A DNA stretch of 63,997 bases, counting the filler, from Olpidium bornovanus S191 (taxonomy: Eukaryota > Fungi > Olpidiomycota): the NCBI GenBank assembly GCA_017911155.1. It is 25 parts of 25 records of this genome, joined end to end, with 100 filler letters (N's around TTAATTAATTAA, not from the genome) between each part and the next. Parts side by side here need not be neighbours in the genome. Positions count along the whole stretch, not along the records: positions 35,956 to 38,065 come from JAEFCI010011272.1; positions 38,166 to 39,759 come from JAEFCI010001470.1; positions 39,860 to 44,570 come from JAEFCI010005350.1; positions 44,671 to 48,588 come from JAEFCI010001057.1; positions 48,689 to 50,282 come from JAEFCI010003719.1; 20 more parts are not named here. The stretch is one strand, 5' to 3'. Both the position numbers and the translations under genes were made by a program. Shown in pieces: positions 37,902-50,382 of this stretch. Below the pieces are notes generated by a model, which saw only the letters and a program-made list of their open reading frames with translations, had not been told where the DNA came from and did no database searches. The first letter of the stretch is position 1. The number at the start of each line of letters is the position of its first letter.

Positions 37902-38624
37902 CTTTGCGGATGAATAACATGCGCGTATGTAAGCACAATAAATACATGAATAAATAAAAGGGGCGGGCGAGTGGAGGAGGAGAGGCCGGATGGTGTGGGG
38001 CGTCAGCAGCCGGAGAGTCAAATGACGTCCGGAAATGAAAAAAAAAAGAAAAAAAAAAAGAAAAGNNNNNNNNNNNNNNNNNNNNNNNNNNNNNNNNNNN
38101 NNNNNNNNNTTAATTAATTAANNNNNNNNNNNNNNNNNNNNNNNNNNNNNNNNNNNNNNNNNNNNCATGTACACCGCTTTTCTTGAACACGCGCTCGATG
38201 TTTCGCGGGACCCGAAACTTCGCGCCGTCCGCCGATTCCGGGCTTAGGAGAACGGTACCGTAGGGCGCAGACGGGGCGGGATGTGTCCCGACGAGAGTCC
38301 CTGCCTTAATTCCGGTTCCGCCACCCGGGTGAACAAGAAAACTGACGACGGAGTCGTACAACTCTCGGTAAGGTTTCAGAGTATTGCAAACGTAACAGCA
38401 CCTTGAGTTGTCATTGCACGTTTGTAGCGGCGATCTGCCGCTTGGACGACCCCGCTTTTTAATGCCCTAATCCGAACCTGATTTTGCGGCCGATAAAAAC
38501 ACGGCAAGGGAAAGCGGTGCCGCAAAGAAGTCCAGCGCAAGGTGGCAAGGAGAAACCGCCCTCAGCCCGCGACCAAAACCAAGGCGGGCGATCAAAAGCA
38601 ACAGCGCAATTGGGGTCGGGACCG

Positions 38625-38960
38625 CTGACGCCGCGGTTTATCCCGCCGGAACCGGCGGGCACCGGCGAATCCGCCATCCGTCGAGAAAAAACCAGCGGGC
38701 GCCCAGGAGCGCCGCCGAGGCGCGTCCTGCCGGACCCGGGCGGCACCGACGAAGCCGCGGTCCATCCCGCCGAAACGGCGGACGCGGGCGAAGCCGCAGT
38801 CCATCCGACCGAGCCTGGCGGGGGCGGCGGGCACCGGCGAAGCCGCGGTTGATCCCGCCGAAGCGGCGGGCGCGGGCGCGGGCGAAGCCGCAGTCCATCC
38901 GACCGAGCCTGGGGTCGGCGGTGGCGAGCACCGGGCGAAGCCGCGGTTCATCCCGCCGCA
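38625..38960. repeat. GC-rich composite tandem repeat (about 90-100 bp unit built from gaagccgc(g/a)gt..atcc subunits)
   Basis: gcgaagccgcagtccatccgaccgagcctgg occurs twice exactly, alternating with gaagccgcggt..atcccgccg blocks. Confidence 0.85.
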
Positions 38961-39526
38961 CGGGACGTAACAAGAAGCGTCCGCAACCGGAGTAAGGCGA
39001 ACCGAACGATCAAACAAAAGACTTCGCCGCAAGCAGGACGCCGGCCGCTAGCAGCAACGCGGCTTTAACACGCATAAACCCCGTTTCTTACACTCCCCCT
39101 CTCGGTCTGCGGTTCTCACCCGGACAGGACGTTCCTGTCTTTTCGTACCCCCTTTTCAGTTCGCAGTTTTTACACCTCTGGGCACGTTGTTTTAGCGCCT
39201 TTCCGGTTTAGCGGTTATACCCCCACCCTCGATCCGGCACGATTCCACCGACGCAGTTTTGACGGCGGCAGGAACCCCCCCCCCTTAATTGTGTTTGGAA
39301 ATTTCGTGACGCGGCTTTTTAGTTGTTTTTTTTTTTTGTTGGCACACACATAACATAAACTTTTAGTTTTGTTGTTTTTTTTCCGCGCGAGCGTCCGAAG
39401 CCCGACGTTCGTCCGCGGGGTCGGAAACAATTTTTTTTTTCGGAAGGCAGAAGTCGGTTCCCTCTTCTAAGACCTTTCCAATCCATTTTTCTCCCCTTTT
39501 TTTCGGTGAAAGCGGAACGTGTGTAT

Positions 39527-39568
<42 letters not shown>

Positions 39569-39991
39569 AGGGGGGGGGGGGGGGGGGAAAGGATTTGGGG
39601 TCCTGAGAACGGACGCAACGATGGAGAGACCACGGCCCCCGCGCCTCTCCTTTGGTTGAATTCCTCCTTTTGTATTGTAAAAAGAAGGCGGTGAGGAAGG
39701 GAATAGGAGGACGGTACGCGGTCACGCGCTTAATGGATCCGTTTGACAAGGGAGGCGGCNNNNNNNNNNNNNNNNNNNNNNNNNNNNNNNNNNNNNNNNN
39801 NNNTTAATTAATTAANNNNNNNNNNNNNNNNNNNNNNNNNNNNNNNNNNNNNNNNNNNNACTTGGATGTGAAAACGAAGCGGAGGCTCTCTTGAAAAAAC
39901 CTACGAAGATTTTTTTTGTTTTTTTTTCTTTTTTTGCCAACGCCCACTTCGCCGGTTTGTTTTTTTTTTTTTTTTTTTCCCTTTTTTTTTT

Positions 39992-40033
<42 letters not shown>

Positions 40034-40807
40034 CATACACCGCGTGTGCAAGAGAGGGCCGTGCTTGAAAGAGGGAAAAAAAAAAAAAAAAAAAAAAAAA
40101 GACCGCCCCCGATATGGGGGGGGGGGGGGGGGGGGGGGGGGGGAACCCCACAGAATTTTTGCCCGAACGCGCCCTGGTTTTTTCTGTTCTACGAGGCCGC
40201 AATGACGGCGAGCAACGCTCCCAATTTTTTTTTTTTTTTTTTTTTTTTCGGGGGAGAAAGAGGGGGGGGGGGATGGGTGATTTTGACCGGCCCTCTCTTT
40301 TCTTTCAATTCACCGAACGGGCTAAAAGGGTAGAGTTTTCCGGATGAGATTGTCCATTCCCGCCCCGCTCCCCCTCCCAGTCCCCCGAGGAATCTTATCC
40401 GCCGGGGAAAGTGATGAGGAGGAAGAGGGAGGAGGGGGGGGGAGGGACGACATATTTGCTAGTCGACCGGCGCAAAAGCAGACAACGAAACGGTCAAAAA
40501 GTCCGGGCAGGGCATACGGTATGGGCGAGCGGCAGTGGCGTTTTTGACGACGCCGGCCAAAACCGAGACGCGGGTTTGGGATCTCTTCTCAAATCAAATT
40601 TCCAAATGTCGCCAGGCTTTCGCGGAAACGCCGCAGAAATAAACAGCACGGGCGCGGCACGCGGTTCAGGCTGTTCGCACCGTTTTCCAAATTAACTGTG
40701 GGAAAAGGGTGGATCATCTTCGGGCAAAATTCACGTGCGGTGAGAAAAAACAAAAAAAAAAAAAAGAACTCAACAACAAAATGAAACGGCGCACTGGCGC
40801 GACCCGG

Positions 40808-43800
40808 TCACTGTCGGCCGCCGCAGCCGCCGCCGGTAGGCCCTTGCCCGGGCGTGATTGCAACGCTGAGCTCGCCTACGGGACACCCCTTCGCGTTCTT
40901 GATATGGTACCAGCCGCGTATTTCGCGCATTCCGACGCACAGCGAAGATAGGCCGACCTCTGCCCTTCCGATGAGAGTTCGGCTCGTGTCCGCCCGCGCG
41001 CCGGCCCTCCGCTCGGCGGCCGCTGAGGGCGAGTCGCTGCTGCCGGCTGCTTCGCCGACGGCTTCTTGATGCCACACCTCGAACACGATGGATTTTCCAG
41101 TGCGCTTTACGTCGTCCAGCCAATCGCAGCGTTCGGAGACAATGGTTCTGTGAGCCCAGACGGGGTTCGTCTGACCAAACGCGATGCCCGTCGTTACTTT
41201 GGCCGCGGTCGATTTCGCGGGACCGACCCTCCATTCAAAGGTGACCAGTGCGTCGGGCGGGACGAGTCGTTTCTGCTGCCGGTCGAAGACGAGGGGTAAA
41301 TTGTGTGCCCTCTCCACAAACACATCGATGCGGGCCGGCTTGCTGTCAACCGGCGCAGGCGTGACCGGCCTACGACGGTTATAGTCTTCCCCCCCGGGGT
41401 CGACCTGACCTTCGTACTTCGTGGCGTCGCCGTCAGAAGGTCGTCGCGCGTCGCTCGTGAACACGGGTCGCGATTCGTGAGGACTTGCGGAGGTTCCCGC
41501 GGCTTCTCCGCCGCGCCTTTCGGAAATACCGGATTCGGAGTTGCCCGAGTCTGACGACGAGTCGCTTCCCGCCAGATGCGAATTCTGATATTTGCGCGTT
41601 GAAAAAAGAGCCCGGCTCAACATACAAAAAAAAAAACTTTGCCGACCGCAGCCCCGCGTCGCCTGGCCCTCGCCGTGCTGTCTGCCGCATGGATTAATAC
41701 GTTACCCGGCGTCGCGCAATCCCGGATTTCCGCGTCTCTCGGAGTCGTTTGAGGGCGGCGAAGATCCGTTCCCGGTGTCCCATCGGCTGCTCGTCATCCT
41801 CGCTCCCGGTAGTCGCGTCAGGAAGCGGCGTCGTGCAGACGGACTCGGCATCCCTCACCTTGCACGCCTCACCGATTGCCGAAAACGCCGGTGAGCTCGG
41901 GATTTCGTCGTCAAATGTTGCCTCCTCGCCGTCGCTTTCGTCAACCACAAGTGGAGGTTCCGGTGGCTTTTCTTCGGCCGCTGTTCCGGCTCCATCGAGG
42001 ACATCCCGCTCCGGGCCATCCTTGACTTTCTTTATCTGCTGCCAAGTGCCCAGGGCCAGGAACGAAGTCACCCAGCCCGCTGCGAATCCCTCCACTACAT
42101 CGATTATCGGGTATTCCGCCCTGGGCAATGTGAGCGGCTCTTTCCGTGAACAGACGGCAGACGGATCCGTCAGGTAGGCTGAGAGCAAGTGGTGAAATGG
42201 GAGGCGCAATAGGCCAAGCATCACGGGCCGGGCACTAAAAGGCTGCGCCGCCTTTGCACGAAATTCCGCCGAATTGCTTGCCGCGTGACCGTCATATCCC
42301 GCCGGAGGGTTGGCGCACCAGACTTCGAATATAAGAGGGGTCGTTTGGTGAATCGCCAAAAATGCCGGGGTTAGCACCAGTGGGAGCGCGTAGGAAAATT
42401 CGAACGAAGATAGGGCTCCAGCAGACGCGCCAGCCGCGGATAAATCACTGGACGGCGTGTAATTAACGATCCGGGACTGGATAGGGTCAGAATCTGCAGT
42501 AAAGAGGCGCGTCACGAGGTAAATGAGGTGGGCGCGATCTGGTAGAGGTACGTTTCCAGAAACGATCCTCAGTGAATGCTCGGGTCCCCTTTCCCACGGG
42601 AAAACCAGGCCCCTAGGCGTGGTGACGTTGATATACAGGCAGCACGAGGCGGGAGGTTGAGTACGTTGCTTTTCAAGCAACTGGTTGCGTGACCCGGCTG
42701 AGAATACTTCGCCACTGGCCCGAAAATCTTGCTCGGTGCGATCGGGTAACGCTGGCCGCCCTAGTACCGGGTTGATCGGGCGGCTAACGCGGCTTTGAGC
42801 GGTGGCTTCGGTCAGCGTATCAACTGCGCAGAGAGTTGCGTCTTCTCTGTAAGGCTCGACATTCGGCCCTGATAGAAACCTGACACTTCCGTTTGACGCT
42901 GCCCGGCGAAAACTTTGCATTGAGGAAACGGCCTTGCCATTCAACGAGCCGCTTAATTTCGAGGGGATTGGTTTGTTCTGGCCAACCGCGCTGTTGTCCA
43001 GTTCCACGGCGACGTCCAGCTCTCCTATTATTGCAGATAGCGGAGTGCTATCCGGCTCATTCTGCGTCGACGCTGGTGGGCTCTGAAAAACCGGAACGGT
43101 CGCTTCCCACGCAAACCCCTCTGTTTCCAGGACGAGCGCACAAGCCAAGAGCGCTACTCCGACAAAGAGCCATTCTTCCAACTCGGGCCGGTTACCAGTC
43201 ACGTCAAGCCAAGAAGCGGTCGAGTCCAAACGGTACGCAGGCATTCTGCCGGCCGGCCACGCGTACGCAGCGTAAACGCGGACGGAGATACTGCCGCCAC
43301 GATCGCCCGGCTGGAGCCACGAACGGGACACCGAGTCGCCCCGCTCAAACGGGAAGATCGCTCGATGCGACAGTGGGCAGACGCATCGCCAGCTGGCCGG
43401 ACCGTCCCCCGCGGTTTCGACTGTCAACCTGGAGCCCGGGACCACAAACTGCGAAACCACACCCTTCGGCATTTCGCTGGCAAACGCGGAAAGCGGGATC
43501 TCCGCACCGGGAATTGAAATGCTCAGTCGTAATTTCGCCGGTCGGTATTTCGTCGTCCCGTGGAAGGCACGTAGGGGGGGCGGAAGGACTTCCCTCAAAT
43601 GGTCCACGTTCAATACGAGCGCTCCGAGGCGAAGCCGCACGCTTTTAATAGACCGCAGGCGCAGCTGTACTTGGCGGTGATGCCGCCGTAAACGTTGCGC
43701 GTTCTGGTTGAAGGTCAACGACCGAGAGACCGAACTTGCGACTTCGCCGAACGGCCCTTTATTCGAAAACCACAAACACCGGATACGGTACGTTCGACGG

Positions 43801-44570
43801 TGAATTAGGCAAGAAAATGGTACTGATGTGCCCATGCCGCGGGCGATAGGAAGCAGTGGGTTGCCTGCAGGGAACTGAGACATCTAATCTTCGAGAAACC
43901 GTTCCCACCTCGTTTTTTGGGGTTCTCATCAGGCGCAAATCTTCCGGCGTTCTCCTTGGTTGCCGTAGTCGATTCAACGGGTCCGCGCGTTTCCTCGCCG
44001 GTCACTTCCGAATTATCGAGAAGGTCTAACGCGTCTAACCAGAAGGCGTCGTTGCCTTCGTTGGGCGACGCGGCCCGGAACCGCTCTTCTGTCGCTGTTT
44101 TCAATATTTCTAGTCGAAATTTCACATCAGACTGGCCACTGATGCTGCTGTCGGCTCCAGCATAATTCGACGAAAATGAACCTGCTTCGGCGTACCCCGC
44201 ATTTGACGCCAGGAACTCTGCGTCGGCGGTGTACGTCGGTACCGCTGTCGTGGTTTTAGCCAACGCCGTCGGACAGACGTCGTCACTGTCGTACGATCGC
44301 CCACCATTAGCTTTCGGCGATCGATGCAAGTCATACGGGTCGCGCATATCTTCCCGAAGGCCAGTCCAGCGGTATTCCTCCGGAAAGCTTTCTAGCCAGT
44401 CACTACGTGCTAGCGCGCTTCTCGCCAGCGCTTCGTAAAGTTCCTTCGCTCGACGATGGATCTCCGCAAGCGAACGCGGAACCGACCTTCCGCCGGCATC
44501 CCCGTTTCCGGCTGGATGCTTTGTTCGCACGTAATTCACGGTGACGTCCGGCGGTAATCGAGAATCCATG
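40808..44570 (-). CDS. C2CD3: C2CD3-like multi-C2-domain centriole protein, partial
   Basis: ORFs 43805-44569, 41694-43883 and 40808-41623 share a strand and are separated by intron-sized gaps. Diagnostic blocks: LGLLRLPFHH...EYPIIDVVEG...GWVTSFLALGTWQQI, and VFVERAHNL...IVFEVWH...LIGRAEVGLSSL..G...IRGWYHI...GELSVAITP. Confidence 0.82.
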
Positions 44571-44829
44571 NNNNNNNNNNNNNNNNNNNNNNNNNNNNNN
44601 NNNNNNNNNNNNNNTTAATTAATTAANNNNNNNNNNNNNNNNNNNNNNNNNNNNNNNNNNNNNNNNNNNNCCCCCCCCCCTGGAGCGCACACGACAGGAG
44701 AGAAATTGAGGGGAAAATGGAATGACGAAGAGGGAGGAATAGAAAAAAAAACTATGCGGAAAAGAAAAGTACTGGTAGGAAACGTATGGCGCATGTTTTG
44801 CCAATCGGCGATCAGCCGTTACCCTTGAC

Positions 44830-46230
44830 TTTCAGACTCAAACTGACACCCCCTTGCCTGACCAGGTTGCCGTCATATCATTAGAGGTCTCGGCGAGGTA
44901 TGAGGCCTTGGTGACGATGTCAGCCTCGAGGGCAGGGCCTGCACACCGAGTGCAACACGGAAATGAATGAAATCGGGAGGGGAAGGTGGGAAATGTAAAC
45001 TTACCTATGTAACTCCATTGAAAAGGTACATGCTCGTGAAGGTACCATGATCGCCTTGCACAAAGATAAATTGGTGAACGTAATAGGCAATTCGGAAAAT
45101 CGGAAGGTTTTGTGGGCGACCGGAAGCACGAGATTGTTATGCTCCATCAAAAAGGCCCGTTACGAACCCCGACAGAGAGCCCGCTGGTTGAATTTCAACC
45201 TTGACGAAGAACTTCAACATCTAGGCTTTGTTTTGGCACACGACGAGCCCTGCCTTTACGTCCCCCGCCAATCGGCACATGAACACTATGTCCACCGAGG
45301 CCTCTTCGTGACGACGCCTCCCGGCGCCGTGGGGGGAAGGGGAAGGGGAGGAGGATGGGGAGATACTCACAATGCGGCGCGGGTGCCAATAAACGGAGCA
45401 CCTCCCAAAAATTTTGACCCCCCCACACAAATGAGCCTTGTTCTTCGGTCCTCATTCTTTTTTCGACGCGCGTTGACGACCTTGTCACCACAGGCCCTGA
45501 TGATACCATACTTTTCCTTTGCTGACAGGCCCCAAAAACCAAGTTCCCGAGACTTGGGGTTCGCCACGACATGCGTCATCCTTGGGAAAACTCCCGCCCG
45601 ACCCCGTCCACGATTGGTGCTCTAATGCTGCGCAGCCCTGACAAGCAGGTGGCCGATAAGACCAAATACGTGAATTTAATGGACTCCCTGCTGTGCCTCA
45701 GCACAAGGACTTGGGCAGACGTTGCGACTGCGGTCGACTTCACCGCCTTACAGCTGACCCGAGCGCGGCACATTTGCCCGCCCTGAACCGCGTCCTTCGG
45801 TTCTTGGCGGGGAGGTCCAACTACGCCCTGACCTACGGGTCTGGCAAGCAGCAAGCACACCGGGCTGGAGGGCCTGGTCAGATTCATTATTGGGCATGTG
45901 CCGTAGCCGACCCGCAAATCAATCAGCGGGCTGGGTGATTCAAACGCAACGGAAACATTATTCACCTGGCGCAGCAGCTGACAGGCAGTGATCGCACACT
46001 TTTCAACGGAGGCTGGAGGGACGGCAGCCTCAGAAGTCAGCCGCGAATTGCCATGACTGGGGCATAGCCGTACGCGGATGGAAAAAAAGGGCAAGGCGCC
46101 AGTCCGACCCCCTTCCACGTCGATAACCTTGGGAGCAGTGGAAATCGCAGCTGTGCGGCCCAAGTTTTCGATGCGCAGCAAACATATGGAGATTCGCCAT
46201 CTTTATGTCGCGACTGCGTAGCATGCTATC
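44830..46230 (+). mobile_element. Highly degenerate Ty1/copia RT-RNase H remnant
   Basis: IKKARYEPRQRARW...LGF...DEPCLY, LNRVLRFLAG, QAVIALFSTEA and RSKHMEIRH, with many indels. Confidence 0.8.
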
Positions 46231-46635
46231 AAGTCGTCGTCCCAGCCTTGCCGTCGTCGCATAACCTAATTGGTGGACTTACTGAATGCCTGCCATGCCC
46301 TGCGTTTGTCATTTCTGTGACCGTCTCGGCCTCCGGCCGATGCCTCCGAGCTCGGCATGTTAACATCCGTCACAAGCTTGTTCGCCGTTCCGGCCAAGAC
46401 GAACACATCAGACGACGGAAGGCGGCCGGATGGGTTCGTCGCCCTCGTGCAGAAAGTTCTCTTCCATTTTTTTTTCCCTTCCCTTCCTTTTTCGTTGCCC
46501 ACGTTTTCAAAATTCCCTCGCTCGAGCGGGGGTTTCTGTTACGGCAGTGCGTACCGGCGGCGCCCGCGGTTCCGAGCCGGAATCCAAATAACATCAGAAC
46601 GTTCCGGCGGCGGACGCCACCGCGCTGCGGCGCTG

Positions 46636-46672
<37 letters not shown>

Positions 46673-46846
46673 GGCCGCGGCTCCTCTCGACCTGCGCGGG
46701 CTGCGGGGCAGAGCGACCCGCCGGAGGAAACCATCTCGTTTTCTTTCTTTCTTTCGGCCGACCGCCGCCCACGCCGGGGCTGCTCTGCTCGGAAACATCA
46801 CAGCAGCGAGACCCTTCTTTCCCGTAAAGAAAAAAAAAAACAACCG

Positions 46847-48506
46847 ATGCTGCCGACCGCCGCGCTCTTCGCCGTCGCGTCAACGGCAGCCTGTCGCCGC
46901 GCGCCTGCCAGGCCGTGCGCGCGGGCCGTTTCCCAGCTGGTGCAGCGCCCGCTCTCGGCGACCTCGGCGGCGCCTTCGCCGGGCTCGCCGGCTGCCCAGT
47001 TCTTTTTCCGTCGCCAAACACGCCCCGTGGGCGCAGCGCCAAACCGGCAGCGCCGCGGCGCGGCCACCGCCGCCGAGGAACCGGCGAAACCCCAGGGGAG
47101 GGGCGGCCGGAGGAGGCCGTTGCTCGCCCTCGCCCTACTGGGAATCGGAGCCGGAACAGGCTACTTCCTCTTTTCTCCCGCCGACTCCGCTTCCACCGCC
47201 CCCCCCGGCAAAGAGCACCCTGCCGCGACTGCCAAGAAGGCCCCGAAGGAGGTCGACTACTTCGCGGTATACAAGGCCATCGCCGAATTGTTGGAGGACG
47301 ACAACTATGACGACGGGAGCTACGGGCCCGTTTTTGTTCGGCTCGCCTGGTATGCTTGTCTATCAGAGCGTTGCGTGCTTTCGTTGTGGGGGCCAAAGAA
47401 AAAAAAGCGCGGTGTCAAGTGTTTTCTTTTTTCCTACCTTCACCTGATCTCGGAATGTTGATGGCCTTCCTTTCTGCGGATTTGTGGTCGGTTGCACAGG
47501 CATGCGTCCGGTAAGTTCTGGGCGTGTGCGCCGCTCCGGCCGCTCGACGGTGGCAGTCGAAGCAGCGAGTTCTCATCCGCCAGCCGTAGCGCCAACCTGC
47601 CGCTCAGGAATGACGCGACCGCTCTTCCTGCGATCTGACATACCCCTGCTGTCCCGTTTCGGCGCGTTTTGGGGCCGCGTAACGTGCGCGCGCACGTCAC
47701 AAAACGCGCATTTTGTTTTCCGCCGCGGAACGGAACACAAATTGCCGATAATTGCACGGCGGGGAAACGCGGCTCAGGCACGTACTCGAAGCTCGACGGC
47801 ACCGGCGGTTCCAATGGTGCGACGATGCGCTTCGCTCCAGAAAGTGAACACGGGGCAAACGCGGGTCTATCCGTAGCGCGCCAACGCTTGGTGAGGAGCT
47901 TTTCGCAACGTGCGCGGCGGGTGCCGTCTACGTTTGCACGCCGCCGCTCGGTTCGTTCCGAAGCTTGGCGGGCTTACCGTGAATTTTCCGATATTCCAGG
48001 AACAAGTCAAGAAGAAGTTTCCTGAAATCTCGTATGGCGACCTGTGGACTCTCGCCGGCGTGTGCGCCATCCAGGAGGTGAGTCAAATTGATTGGATCCG
48101 TGTTGTGACCACCCCTCCCTCCCTCTTCCCCCTTCCGCTCACACTTCATTGGTGCGATCAACACGGATAATGATGCGGCTTTCCCTTTCCTCTTCGATGA
48201 CGCGGCGACCTCAAAAGATGGGAGGGCCCGCTATCAAGTGGAGCCCGGGCCGCATCGATGTCGAGGATGGAAGTTTATGCGCCCCGGACGGCAGGTAAGT
48301 TGTCCGCTTGATGTCTGGCGCAATTAGCTCTGTTCACCTGTACACGGACGAAAAAGTGACGTGGATCCCGGCTGACATCAGTTTTCCCCGACCCGACGGT
48401 GAAATTGTTGCTGCAGACTTCCCGACGGGTCAAAAAAGCAGGACCACATTCGTGACATTTTCTACCGCATGGGGTTCAATGATCAGGAAATTGTTGCGCT
48501 GGTCGG
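46847..48506 (+). CDS. CCP1: Mitochondrial cytochrome c peroxidase, 3' incomplete
   Basis: Exons 46847-47349, 47500-47510, 47778-47890, 48000-48077, 48218-48294 and 48417-48506 give a presequence and TM segment, [48 protein letters not shown] and [14 protein letters not shown]. Confidence 0.96.
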
Positions 48507-48688
48507 GTATGCAACGCCAAAACTGCGCTCTTTTTAGTTTGCCGCTGTTCGCAGTTTTCGCTCGCGCGTCATCTCAACCCGTCGTCTCNNNNNNNNNNNN
48601 NNNNNNNNNNNNNNNNNNNNNNNNNNNNNNNNTTAATTAATTAANNNNNNNNNNNNNNNNNNNNNNNNNNNNNNNNNNNNNNNNNNNN

Positions 48689-48990
48689 GAAGACGGCAAT
48701 TCAGCAAGTTGTCGAGAAAGCGGGCTTTGCCTATCGAGCTGTACCCAAAATACCATTGCGAGTGCAACTTTATCGAACGCTTTTAAGGCGGGGCAAAGCG
48801 CGTCGCATGCTACGAGTGCGATTACTCATTCAAGAGTGTTTGCGAGCGAGTCCCCCAAATGTTGGATGAATCAGCCTGGACAAGACTCGTCATTTCAGTC
48901 GTAAGGCATGGCGTTATATTGCGTAATACGCCAACGGTCTTGACGCACACGATGCCTGTAACAAGAGAATTATATCTGCGCGTAGCGCGA
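48689..48990 (+). pseudogene. Dead C-terminal fragment of an IS630/Tc1/mariner-like transposase, same broad family as 22132-23719
   Basis: QQVVEKAG (frameshift) YPKYHCECNFIERF*GGAKR...CDYSFKS matches PKFHCELNxIE, the motif with the catalytic Glu. Confidence 0.8.
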
Positions 48991-49020
48991 TCTGGAGATA
49001 TTGTATTCACCAGCCCGGCT

Positions 49021-49084
49021 CTGGATCTGGGTCAGGGTCTGGATCTGGGTCAGGGTCTGGATCTGGGTCAGGGTCTGGATCTGG
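49021..49084. repeat. 18-bp tandem repeat CTGGATCTGGGTCAGGGT x3.5
   Basis: Direct reading of the sequence. Confidence 0.97.
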
Positions 49085-50219
49085 AGTTCTATGGAGAGTC
49101 TACGGAAGTCGTGCGGGACGCAGGCCTTCTATGTGGGCGGGGCGCAGACGCGTGCAATCGCGCAAAGTCGAGTGCGCGCAGCGAAGCTTGCACACGTGGG
49201 AAAAAGCGCGGGGAGGCCCAAGGAAAAAGCGCGGCGAGGCACGGGAGAAACGCGGGAAAAATGCGCCGGGAAGAGCGCGGGGTCAGAAGGTGATAGCGGG
49301 CGGAAGGCGCGGAGACCGGGGCGGGGATGACGAGAGCCGATTCCCCACTTTGGTGTGCATCGGTGGAGACGGGAAAACGGGTTCTTGTGTGTGTTGTGTT
49401 CGGGTCACGGTGAAGCGCGGATTCACCTGAAAACGCGCCCCCCCCCGGCGAGAGGGTTTTTACCCACCCCCGTTGCCGGGGAAGCCGGCCAGCCCACCGG
49501 TGCGGGCACTCCAAAGAGCGCATCGATTGTCATCTACAGGTGCTCCGAAGAGCCCTGTGACGAGCTCTCCGAGGAAAGCATTAGGTCAGGGTTGTCGAGA
49601 CGACGGATGTCGAGACGACTGGCAGCCCTACCAATCCGCAGATCCGTTCCGCGCGGAAGCATTCCCCACCATACTGGGTTCAAAAATTAATTAGTTGAGT
49701 GGCTGCGCAGGTTAGTTATCCTGCGCACTCAAACCTCCTTTTTTCTGCCCTTTCTCCGTCATTCTGCGCCGATTTTTTTTCGATCGATTTTGCTAGTATC
49801 AAAACGCAAGGAAATGCCAGGGTAAACCTTGCATACGTGAACTGAATAAGAAGGGGTAAGCCGATTTCGCTGCGGTTCGGGGGGAAGCGGGATCGATGGT
49901 ACGACCAATCAAGGCGATAACATTTTTAAGCAGAGAACAAACGTTACATTTTGTTTTTTGTGACCCTGACTAGCGGTTCGGTAACTAGGGCCCTTGGGCG
50001 AGCCAATCAGAATAAGAGTAAACAAGTGGCAAATTTCATTATTTGACACATTTTCAGGGTACGGTTTTACCGAAAAATACCGGGGCAACCCTGGGCATAT
50101 GTTGCCTCTGGGATTCAGCAGAGTGCCGGTGTCATCCGGCGAGCCATTTGGTCACGTGACTGCCATTCCCCTTCTTCCCCCTTTGCCCACCTGACCGCCA
50201 AAGAAAAGGGGGAAGGCGT

Positions 50220-50253
<34 letters not shown>

Positions 50254-50382
50254 AAAAAAAAAAAAAAAAAAAAAAGCGAGACNNNNNNNNNNNNNNNNNN
50301 NNNNNNNNNNNNNNNNNNNNNNNNNNTTAATTAATTAANNNNNNNNNNNNNNNNNNNNNNNNNNNNNNNNNNNNNNNNNNNN

